A DNA stretch of 63,827 nucleotides, the filler included, from Hyphochytrium catenoides (Eukaryota > Protista > Hyphochytriomycota), in the NCBI GenBank assembly GCA_900088475.1. It is 10 parts of 10 records of this genome, joined end to end, with 100 filler letters (N's around TTAATTAATTAA, not from the genome) between each part and the next. Parts side by side here need not be neighbours in the genome. Positions count along the whole stretch, not along the records: positions 14,822 to 18,007 come from FLMG01002340.1; positions 18,108 to 24,116 come from FLMG01003737.1; positions 24,217 to 26,083 come from FLMG01000448.1; positions 26,184 to 29,039 come from FLMG01000868.1; 6 more parts are not named here. The stretch is one strand, 5' to 3'. Every line of letters starts with the position of its first letter. Positions within the stretch are counted from its first letter, which is position 1. The notes beneath the pieces were generated by a model, which had not been told where the DNA came from, ran no database searches, and worked only from the letters and a program-made list of their open reading frames with translations. The position numbers and the translations under genes were made by a program. This document shows positions 14,822-28,958 of the stretch, in pieces.

Positions 14822-17800
14822 CGGCGCTCCGCTGACGCCTGATGGAGGGTCATTCTGAAGCTTCCGGAAATCTCTCATTAATCTTCGACGCGCTGCCGTT
14901 GACATTGTTCTATATGCGAGGCTAGTCTTTTACTCCGGTCCTATTTCTAACAAATGGGTAGCGATGGGCCATACGGCGATATAGAGAGAGGTAGGTGAGC
15001 GAGGAAAGGTTGCGTATCAGTAACGTTTTACAGCAAAGAGTCATGTCTGCAACCGAGATGGGAACGCACCTCAGTGGACAAGGAAAACTCAAGGACAGAG
15101 GTATTGCTTTGCTACCCAGTACAGAAGGATGTTTAGCCACTCTCCACCAGCCGGCAATTGCAAAGTTGAGTTCCTCCCCGGCGAATCTTCACGTATAGAG
15201 GGCTGCAAGAAGTGGGAGTGGAAGTTAGGTCGTCAGGTCCTTTACATAGAGCAAGCACACATTGTGGACGAAGCCGTCGCCTACCTCTTTCTGTCACTCA
15301 AGATCCTGATACCTATCCGCAATCGGCAATTCCTTCCTTTCTGCTAACGTCCTCGGAGCTTCTCTTCTTTCCGCGTTCTGATTCGCAGTTCCATAGGCCT
15401 GGAAGAGCTCTGAAAGCTCTCTGCATCCTCTGGGAGAGTTCTGCAGTCTTTGAGGACTTGCCTGCAGGAGTGTTCTCACACCTTCCTTTATCGCCTGCGC
15501 CGCGCCGGCGGAATGGGTAAGGATAAGTTGCGATACAGAGTAATTAGAGCTACAAGAGGGATGAGTCCGATTAGGTGTATCTATAGGAATAAGTTTTAAA
15601 GAGCTAGATTTCGCAGTGAAGTAGAGTGAGGCGAGAGACGTAGAAGAGTTTCTCAAAGGGAAAAGAGCGCTTTATGGTTCATAGATGTGCAATGTGGTGC
15701 TGTATGACGTGCTGGAGGACGCCAGAGGGAGAGCGCACCTCGATGAACTATTGACACTGATATCCCTACCTGTAGAGGGTAATGTGCGATTTCCGCACCT
15801 GCGTAGATGTACAAATCGTGGGAATGCACCAAGCCTTCGTTGTCTTCCCTCCTTACAAAACCTGGCTCTGAATCAATAGTCAGTTATCTTTAAGTCGTAG
15901 AGTTAAAGGTTATCACGAGAGACATTGGGATCTTAGACTGACAGAGGGATCAGCAAGCAAGCAAGCCCTGTCTTTTTCATTGATGCCATCCGTTGGGCAT
16001 CCGTCTGACCATCTCCGCGCTTGACGACTTCTGCGCCGCGGGGTGGCATGCACCAAACCTCTGTCCTCATCAGCTGTTGCTCCTTGGAGAGCAATTTGCC
16101 AAGCTGTTGGTTAGGTTAAGCGAAAGCTTTGTCTGTGCTTGCGATGGTGTCTCCGTCCCTCTACGCTGCATCTTCTCCTTTTGACTACATTTAGACGACA
16201 CTAGTGGGAGAGAGAATGAGCGGCCTTCCTGCCGCCGGCTACATTGAAGAACATTAACCCTAAGCTTTGTTATATGCTTCTCCTGCACTGAATAATAGTC
16301 TTCCTCCTTCTACGCTGCATTCTCTTTTGACCAAGGTGCTGTTGGTGATGCTCTCCATAGTCTTCGTCCCCAGACCGTCGATACTATCTATTGGTTAAAA
16401 TGTCGCTCATAGTTGGGAACATCATCGTGCATAATAAAGTGAGACTTCACCCGGGAGGCAACAAAGCCTCCAGGGAAGAGAGTCTCGACAAAAAGAGAGC
16501 GGGCACGGGGTCAAGAATAGGGGCGACAATGGTTTATTCCCTCTGGCATCAGAGGCTCTTGTGAATGTTTATACTATGGGGGTCTGCACAAGGATAGATT
16601 TAGCTTGCTTAGCCGTTCTTACGCGCAAGCTATGTTCGAAACGGGTACACATGTTATTGTTGACTTCACACAGCGTTAGGAGACGGTGGTCGTGGCTCCA
16701 ATGCTGCCAAGCTTTTAGAGGAAAATGGAAGAATATTCAAACAATCCTGCACTCAAGCTTTGAAGTGCATGGTCATTGAAGAAGGCTGTGTGAGCTGCTG
16801 ATCTTACTACTGTCAAAGTGCCAAGAGAAATAGACATAAGAAAAGTCATAGAAGGTAACAGGAGGAGCCTAAGTTTCCATTAGGGAGTTACCGACAAGGA
16901 GTGCTCGAAGCTCTTAACCTTTTTACAATGAAATAAAGTGAGTGACCTGTGGCTTGAGAGCAGAATGGCAGCGCCAAAACGTGACCTAAGGAGGCTTTTT
17001 GCACCGTGCGAGAGGACGTCTCTGAATATAATAGGGACTGGCAGAGCCCATGATTCTCTGTTGCTGCTAGTCCTTTGATCTGAGACTCTATCGCTTATTG
17101 CCGCGAAGGGAGGGGTGGTTCCTTACTGCTTCACTTCAATGCCCATACTAATTAACACGGTTTCAAATGCTCACTCATCTCGGCTTAGAGAGCTGCTTTA
17201 CTTCGTCGGAGCAACACTGTAACATGACCATGGGGTATTTCAGGGGTGTTTTAGGAGTATTTGATGGGTAAAGCGAGGTATTCTTCCCCATTCTCGTGAA
17301 GCAGCCCCACCAAAACCCTGAAACAGTAGATCTATTGTTTGAACCCCTGAACAAAAGGTTGTCAGGAGTAATTGAGGTGTGAATTGGTGTATTTGGGGAG
17401 TAAATTAGTGTATTTCAGGGGTAGACGATCTCTTTGGGGCCTTCAACAGCCTCCAATCTGTCCTGGAGTAGATGTGGGACAATCCAATCCTGGGAGTTGC
17501 CTGGAATGGAGGGGGAGGCGGAATTTGACAAAGGTTGTTTACCTCCTCTTCTCTCTCTTCTCACCAAACAACTAAAAGGCTCCATGCATCCAAGCTCCGG
17601 GTGCCATCCGACACATACCCTGGGTCCTGAGCCCCGTACAAACCATGGTCTGTTACTAGGCAAACCCCTCTACCCCTATTATGAAAAAGGCATGCACTTC
17701 TTATGTTTAGTAATACACCAGTCAGGGTGTTGGTAGTGCAATACAGGAAGCCGGGTAGTGGTAATACCAATAATCTGGACTTGGGCTGGAGCAGCTCGCT

Positions 17801-18107
17801 GGAAAACGGTGTCCATCGAGGCTGCAGAATTTGAAAATCAAAATCTGTAGCAGAGGCAGCATCGTAGAATCTTGAGATAGCAGCTTTTTAGAATCTCCTG
17901 CTGAACACCCACATGCCAGCCAATGGCATAGCGGTGGCGGCTACGAAACGCGATTGCCATCAGCTGCGCAGAAGATCAGGAACAACGCACTGCGCGACAA
18001 GATAGGANNNNNNNNNNNNNNNNNNNNNNNNNNNNNNNNNNNNNNNNNNNNTTAATTAATTAANNNNNNNNNNNNNNNNNNNNNNNNNNNNNNNNNNNNN
18101 NNNNNNN

Positions 18108-18295
18108 CTCTCACTCTCTCTCTACTCTCTCTCTCTCTCTCACTCTCTCTCCTCTCTCTCACTCTCTCTCTCTCTGTCACTCTCTCTCCTCTCTCTCACT
18201 CTCTCGCTCTCACACTCTCTCTCACACTCTCTCGCTCTCACACTCTCTCTCACACTCTCTCGCTCTCACTCTCTCGTTATCCCTCTCGGACTATC

Positions 18296-18348
<53 letters not shown>

Positions 18349-18795
18349 TTGTCTTTGTCTTATCTCCTCTCTTCCTATCTTTCTCCATTATCTCTTTCCA
18401 CATTCTCTCTCAAATTTCTTCTCTCTCTCTCTCTCCCTCTCTGTCTCCTCCGCCCGCACCGCCTGCTGCTGGCTCCGATCTTCTCTTCTCTCTCCTCCCC
18501 TGCTTCTTATTCAGCACAACTTTTTGCTCTCCTCTTTCTTCTTCTCGTCTCTTGCTCAAACGATGCACGCAGCTGCCGGCAATCGAGAGAAGGAGGCAGC
18601 GTCTCTGTGCCATGGGTCCCAGCGCTTTCTCCTCCTTTTAACCAGTCGTAGAATGATTCAGCACATTGTTCTTAGCTCGCCACGTCCCTACCTTTCTCTC
18701 GAAAGTGCTATTGTCTCCCCGCTGTCTTTCCCCTCTCCTTTCTCTCTCTCGCTCTTTCCACGCTCTCTCTCCCTCTCCCTCAGTCTCTCTCTCTT

Positions 18796-18827
<32 letters not shown>

Positions 18828-18836
18828 GCTCTCTCG
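18108..18836. repeat. (CT)n-rich microsatellite region with CA/CG variant units
   Basis: Long CT tracts, including repeated ctctcgctctcacactctct units. Comparable tracts lie at ~9580-9760, 23350-23450, 25775-25940, 31520-31600, 47590-48100 and 49050-49295. Confidence 0.9.
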
Positions 18837-19002
18837 CCCTGCCTGGCACGTTCCCGCTATCCTTGACCGCCAGCAAGATGAGCGCCAAGCCTCAGTTCCC
18901 AAAACTTACCACAGACTCAACAAGAACCCCAAGAAGCCCTAACAACAGCGACCTCACCGTCTGCCCACTTGTCGCTTCGGTCCTCACCTGGAGACAAGCA
19001 TC

Positions 19003-19581
19003 ATGGCCCTTGAGCTGAGAAAGCTTCCCGAGCTGTACGCACTCGGTGCTCACGTTCAGATCATCAAGAAAGATTTTGGAAAGGCTGCAGAGGAAGCCTT
19101 CCCCAAGCTCTTCGCCTTCCTAGAGGCCCAGAACCTCTACGACCTGGTCGTGCCGCAAGAAGACGAAGGGGCAACGGCCTTCTTCTATCATCAAGATCCG
19201 GAAATCGAGCCAAACTTTGGAGAACCAGCGCTTGTCCTTCAGGAAGGTGCAGACCTTGAGCGCATGAAGAAGGCGCTGGAGACAGCGGACAATCCGAGAG
19301 AGAACTTTCCGGAGGGAGAAGGAGAGAGACTGTTCCGTTTGATGCACATGAAGGCGGGAGAATGGCTTGTCTACACACTGAAAGGCTCTTATTCCAACCT
19401 AGGAGAAGGCTGGACCACTGTCTTTCAGCAGCTGGAGCGCCCTTTCAAGGATGGGAAGAAGTACGAGATGAACTGTGACCTTGGCTGCTGCTATGAGCTC
19501 TATGTCAAGTCCTGTTCCTCGGGAACGCCAGAGGAAGAGATGATCACGGAGATAAGAGTCCCCGTCAAGGCCGTCCAATAA
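19003..19581 (+). CDS. GyrI-like / AraC effector-binding small-molecule-binding protein, intronless
   Basis: 192 aa: AFPKLFAFLEAQNL, MKAGEWLVYTLKGSYSNLGEGWTTVF, CYELYVKS...EEMITEIRVPV. These are typical GyrI-like domain motifs. Confidence 0.8.
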   Translation: MALELRKLPELYALGAHVQIIKKDFGKAAEEAFPKLFAFLEAQNLYDLVVPQEDEGATAFFYHQDPEIEPNFGEPALVLQEGADLERMKKALETADNPRENFPEGEGERLFRLMHMKAGEWLVYTLKGSYSNLGEGWTTVFQQLERPFKDGKKYEMNCDLGCCYELYVKSCSSGTPEEEMITEIRVPVKAVQ

Positions 19582-20271
19582 GCGTTCTTTCTGATCTCGC
19601 CTTCACTTCTGAAAATCTCTTACTCTTCTCCGTGTTTGACTCTTTCCCTTGTTCTCTGTCGTTAAACTTCCCTTTCTCCCAGGGTTGTTAGACTCTCGCT
19701 AGCCCTCTACGTCATCAATAAAAGTAACACAAGCTCTAGGAAGACTCTTGATCGCGGTGCTCTGCATTAGATGTGTTTGCACTGGAAGCTTACTTCGCTC
19801 CCCTTCTCTTCGTCGTTCTCTCTCTCTCTCTCCCTCCCTGTCTTTTTCTCTCTTTCGTCTGTCTCTTGCCCACAAGTCGGCAGGTGCTGTTTGGCTCTTG
19901 GCTTTCTCTATATCTTCCCCTTTCTATCAGGCTCTGGCTCTGGCCTTGCTCCCAGTCCTGTCTCTCCTAACCCCGTGCATCTCTCCTGCTTGCTTGTTTC
20001 TCTTCTCTCTTTTTGACGCTTCTGTCGTCGAAGCCAGGAAGAATAGAGCTACTCCCATTATAATGTGCTAAGACTTGAATGAGGAAGAGAGAACCTTATG
20101 ACCGTACGTAAATTTATCTCCTTGGCAGCTCGTCTCCTCTTTGTCGTCTCTCCTAGTCCTCTCACATTTCTGGGCTTCTGTCGAGATGCTGCTCTCTCTT
20201 TCTCTCTTCCTTTGTCTCTCTTTGTTTCTCCTTATCCTCCTTCCCTCCCTGTCAAGCCTTCATCTCTCTTG

Positions 20272-23118
<2,847 letters not shown>

Positions 23119-23352
23119 GCTGCCTAGGAGAACCGGATGGACAAGGGGATTCGGAGATGGAGGCATAAAGAGGAAGAGTAGAGAGTTATTTGGACGGCTG
23201 ACGGACAGACAGAGGCCGCACTTATACATAGATATATTGGATATGAGAGAGACTGAGAGACTCACAGTCAGGGAGTAAAACCCAGGCAAGGAGAGAGAGG
23301 GAGAAGTGCCATCATAGGACAGGGAGACACAGAAGAAGAGGAAGGCGAAGGA

Positions 23353-23425
<73 letters not shown>

Positions 23426-25831
23426 AGAGGGAGTGAGAGAGAGAGAGAAAGAAAGAGAAACAGAGAACAGGGGGAACAAAGAAGAGAGAGAGAAAGAGAG
23501 GAGAGAGAGAGAGAGCTTGATTATGCTTACCACTCGCTATAGCCTGGCCCTGCATTTGATATGCAGCTGTCCTTGGTTCCAAATAGTTATTGATTGCAGA
23601 GATGGGAGGAGAAGGGAAGACTGTCACTTGGGCAGATGGTGGAACCGAAGACAAAGATGGGAGAGGTGCTGAGGATGTAATTGCAGGGGGCGCCGGGGGA
23701 AGAGGGGAGGAAGAGAGAGATTGTCGAAGAGCGCCGGATATTGTCCATCCCATAGAGACATCGACGAAACGAAGCTGCGTTGGCCTTTTTGCAGCTCTCA
23801 GTCTGCTCCATTTACCGATGAAAAGAGCGGAATGAGCAAAAAGATTAGGGAGAGGAAAGGAGACAAACAATGGTGAAGTCAGTAATTGGGACAGGATGAA
23901 GCTCTGAAAGGATAAAGGGTAGACTGAGGTTAGGTTTCTCCCCACTCCCATCCCCCTCTCTCTGTGTGTGTGTGTGTTTCTTTGTATTTTATGCACTCTT
24001 TCACGCCTTCTCTTTCTCCTTTTCTCTTTGCCCACCCTATCTCATTGTTCTCTCTTCTGCACCCCGATGGGACCTCACCTCTCTATAACTTCATTGAATG
24101 GCATATTGAGTAAGTGNNNNNNNNNNNNNNNNNNNNNNNNNNNNNNNNNNNNNNNNNNNNTTAATTAATTAANNNNNNNNNNNNNNNNNNNNNNNNNNNN
24201 NNNNNNNNNNNNNNNNCTCTCTCTCTCTCTCTCTCTCTCTCCTCCTCTTGCTCTTACATCTTCGTCTCTCTTTTCTCTCTCATGCTCTCTCTCTCCTTTC
24301 CTCTCTCTTTTCTCTTGCTCTTCCCCTCTCTCTCCTTTCTCGTCATCACTCTCTTCTTCCTCTTGGTCGTCTGATGCTCTCTCTTATGTTCCCTTCTGTT
24401 CGTCTGCTTCCCCTGTCTTGTCGACTGTGGAGAGAGAGAGAAGAGGAGAGAGAGAGAGAGAGAGAGGGTCGGGCAGTGTTCTTGGCTGGGTTTCACACCT
24501 TTTCTATAGATTAACTTAGGCAGAGGGTTGCAGCATATATTCCTCAACTTCTGCATGTTTATTGTTAGACAGATAGAGCCAACACTAACTACAAGCCAGA
24601 GTCCCGGCTTGAAAGATAGATTACCACTAGGTACGCCCACGGATCCATTAAAAATATTGAAAAAGAGTCAGATTATTGAGAGGAATGGCTGATTTAAAAG
24701 AGATACGAGGGGGAATGTAGGCGGAGAAGGGCGGAAAAGTCAGAAAGTACAAAGGCAGGAAAATAGGGGGTCCTAAGACGAAAACAGCGATTTTTTAGAG
24801 TGTTTGACCGATTTTCAAGGGTCTGGAGGGAGCCTATGGCGGAGAGAGAGAACGAGAGAGAGAGAGAGACCACGGTGGGAAAGGTGAAAAAGGGTCATAC
24901 CCACCTGTTAGAAATATTGAGATTAAATTTCTGTTCGTCTTCCTCTTCCAGGGCTCGCCACCCGAAAATGACTGCCAGGAAAGAAAAGAAACCTACTAAA
25001 TAGATTTCACATAGTTTCCGACCAAAGTTCAGCTCAAAAGTGTATATACAGAGTCCAGTTTGTTACAGCGAGATGGATGGAGCCGCATCCTACAATAATA
25101 ACGTTAGGGAACAGTCAGAGAGTGTGCCAGACAGAGAGTGTTAGAGATATGACTACTAGTCTCCTATATGTAGACAATAAGGAGACAGAATAAACAAGAC
25201 TTATGACGCTTGATGAGGAAAAGATGTCTCCGTGCCGTTAGGAAATTATAGAGGCTTGAGTGCATCAACCTAATGGAGCTTTTACCTTCTACTTGTACCC
25301 AGATAGTCTACATTAGCTCGCGCTGACTCTCTCTCTACAGTGTAAAGATAGACCAATAGCTAGGTAATTCCTAGACTGATAGACCAACTATAGAGAAAAA
25401 AAGACTCATCAAGGGAGAGGAAAGAGAGAGAGGTCAACTGATCGTTATGGATGGTGAGTGCCATTCACCCCTTTACAATGCCCATGCTTGGGAATACTCG
25501 GTGTTCTCATTTATCCTCGTATAATTTACATTATTATCGGTCTCCTGGCGATAGCGTTCGTCAAAAGAATAGTATGGAAGCTCACATCGAAAAGACTTGC
25601 AAACTCATGATGCTCATAGTTTTGGCAGCGAGACTTTAATTCCGGGCTATCAGGGACAATTGAACTGAACAAACATCAGTCAAGGGAGAGACAAGGACAG
25701 AGACAGTAGTGAAAGCCGAAGGGCAGCGAAGAAGAGAAGAAGAAGCGGTGCTGTGGTTGAGTGGCCTCCTGAGACGAGAGAGAGACAGAGAGACAGAGAG
25801 AGAGAGAGACAGAGAGAGAGAGAGAGACAGA

Positions 25832-25863
<32 letters not shown>

Positions 25864-26195
25864 CAGAGAGAGAGAGAGAGAAGCAGAGAGAGAGAGAAGC
25901 AGAGGGAGAGGGAGAGAGAGAGAAGCAGAGAGAGCGAGAGAGTCTGGCAGAAACATTGTTTGGGGTTTGAGTCGCCAACGCTTGCTCTGCGTTTGGCCAT
26001 CGACCTCGTCACGTCCGTTGCCACCTGCTACAGACAGCAGCACTTGTGGTGACTCTCTCTCTCTCCCTCTCCTCTCTCTCGCTNNNNNNNNNNNNNNNNN
26101 NNNNNNNNNNNNNNNNNNNNNNNNNNNTTAATTAATTAANNNNNNNNNNNNNNNNNNNNNNNNNNNNNNNNNNNNNNNNNNNNCAGAGAGAGGAG

Positions 26196-26236
<41 letters not shown>

Positions 26237-26417
26237 GAGACAGAGAGAGCGGCGCAAGGAGAAGAGAGAGAGATATTATGGCTGAGAGTAGAAGCACTTG
26301 GCTAGCACCAAGCGAAACATAGGCCCATCGTCAAGCCTTTTGCCTATACCAGTGTCTCTCTCAAAGCCGTCACTAAATCAAAGAGAGATGGTTCGATAGC
26401 TTTCCTCTTAGACGTAC

Positions 26418-26665
26418 CTCCTTCTCCAGTTTGACTGGTAGGTGATAGCAGATGAGATAGAGTTTGTCTGTCTTGGAGGGTGTCCAGCACTTATCTTTCT
26501 CTTCAAAGTACGGTTTCTTTACACTGGGACCACTCTTCACCGCCATGGTGCTAACCTTACGGGACAGCGCCCGCGTGGAGCCTTGGAAGGGACTGAGAGA
26601 GCATTACACAGAAACGAGGGAGAGAGAGAGAGAGGCGGAGGAGCGCGCGCGCGAGAGAGAGAGGG

Positions 26666-26704
<39 letters not shown>

Positions 26705-27869
26705 AGAGAGAGAGAAAAGGGGCAGTGTTTAGCTCCGAGGTGGGTGATAACAGGAAGAGAGAAAGGCAGTTCAGAGGCAAATGTTGGCAACAGATATGCT
26801 CCTGAAGGAGAACACCAGGAAGGTAAAAGAGAAAGAAGAGTAGCAGAAGGACCGTCAAGAATCAAATGGGAACGATGCAGAGAGAGAAAAAAACAATTGA
26901 TAATAGCTGTTTCAAGGAAAGAGAGACGTACTCATTGCACTACCAAGGTCAAGAGGGTGGCAGCCCAAAGGCAACGAAGAGAATGGTGGCAGGTGGTTAC
27001 ATATAAGCGTCTCTCTCTTCTTCTGGCACGCTCTCTTTCCCTTCTGCTCTCTCTCTATTCTCTCGTACCTGGATTCTCCCTCACTGACTCTTTGATAGGT
27101 GAGCCCCATATCGGTCTCCTTTCGCTGGAGTTTCATGGAGATGTCATAGTCGCCAAATACCTCTTCAATCTGCGATAACAAGAAGGCCAGTGAATCTAAG
27201 TATGTGACAGCACACACCAGTCCGAGATATTAAAGAGAGAGAGAGGGAGGGAGAGAGAGAGAGAGAGAGAGAGAAAAGTGTTGGAGGGGATGGAGAGGGC
27301 AAGAGGATATATACAGAGAGGATAGTAAAGACTGTCATAGTTCAACTTCCAGTCCATCAGACTGATATCCCACGACTGTAAAAGAAAGAGAGAGAGACAG
27401 AGCCAGTAAAACGAGAAACAGCAACAGAAAGCTAGGGACTGAGAGAGACAGACAGAGGGCGAGGTAAGAATCTATTTCAGATGAAGAGAAAGGCTCTTCC
27501 AGGAGCGCTAAGGTGGTGCGGTTTAGTCCTTACCGTCATCTCCAGTCCTTCTGGAGTCAGCTTGCGTTCATACTCTATCGGCTCCCAGCTGCTAAGCTCG
27601 CCCCCAGAGAAGACCGAGTACATGTATGTCGCAGGGACACCGCGAGGAAGGATAAAGGGCTTTACAGTGTACCATATCGGATAATCTTCAGGAGTAGTGA
27701 CTAGCGGTCGGGCTTCGGAAGGATTGTACTGCCCAAAGGCTAGGCTCGCTCCAGAGATGTGAACTCGCTCGCCTAACCGCGTCTCGGCTCTTACACGGAA
27801 GTTCACCCGTGTGTAGCATCCCATCCCTAGCTCATCCACCGCCTGCTCCTCCTGAACAAAGTCTACCAT
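26418..27869 (-). CDS. CBM20-containing trehalose-6-phosphate synthase/phosphatase, 5' part, interrupted by gap
   Basis: VNFRVRAETRLGERVHISG...GQYNP...LVTTPEDYPIWYT is CBM20-like. The third exon ends KLYLICYHLPVKLEKE, matching the L-P-V strand that opens the GT20 domain. Confidence 0.7.
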
Positions 27870-28925
27870 ATGCAGAGTCAGACCCAGATTTCAGCAACAG
27901 AAGTCTTTCAACAGCCTATACCTGGCGTCCCTGCCATTCTTCCGGGATTCAGGTTTGAGACTCTCACGGCGATCAGCCCCTCAGTAGCTTCGCAATGACC
28001 GACCGCAGGGGTGGCATTTAAACTCTAACAGCGCTTAGAGTCCGCACTTCAACCCGAAGAAGATACGAGGCATGCCAACTTCTCCCCTGGGTCGAACCGA
28101 GGGCGTCATTGGCCTCAATAAAGGCGCAATAATCTCCGATCTGGGTCTCTGCGGAAGCTTCATCATCTGCTGCTGGGTCTGCGGATGTATGTGCCGGGGA
28201 ACGAACCTTGTCGTTCATCCTCGTCCTGCGGCAACTGACAAAAAAGCCTATATTCGCAAGCCTACAAGTATAATTTACAATATCTGTCAAGAACGTTGTG
28301 AGTTTTTGAAGATTGAGGGAAGATTCGGGACGGTTTAGGGGTGTCAAGAATACAAATTGTAAGATACTGGTCAATAATGAAAATTTGGCGGTCTCAACAG
28401 GATTAATGTCTCCTCGTGGTTAATTGTGCGCAGCAGAATTGTCAAGAAAGTTGTCAAGTTGGCTTTATTGACATTTCTTGACAACGAGATGAGGAGAAAG
28501 TTTGTGAAAACTGAAAGTAACCCTTAAATTATGTCAGAGCATACATTGTAGGTTGATGGTTTCCAGAAAAGGTTCCGATCGTATGTCCGTTCTAAAGATG
28601 TTCTGAACCTCAAGGCCCTTATGAACGGGATCCCCATATTGAGAATCCAGCTGATTTTCTTGGCTAGTATTAGAAATAATGATTCACTCTGTCTCTTATG
28701 GTCGGGAAACTTATCACGTTCCAAACGCAGAGCGTCTTCAAACTCACAATTTTGTATATAGTACTAAGAAAATAGGCTTAGAGAGTAAACACATTCCAAT
28801 CAATAACCCAAAGTGCCTTTCTAGGCCCAGGACGAAAGGTTGTGAATAGTAATCTCCTTTCTTTCTTGATAGCGACCCCCTGCGAGACAGAGCAGCAGGA
28901 GAGAGCAAGTGCGTGTGAGAGAGAA

Positions 28926-28958
<33 letters not shown>

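Noticed and set aside
25480-26030. Possible minus-strand terminal exons of the TPS gene beyond the gap
   Set aside because: Splice sites are plausible but there is no recognisable TPS/TPP motif, and it is on a different contig.
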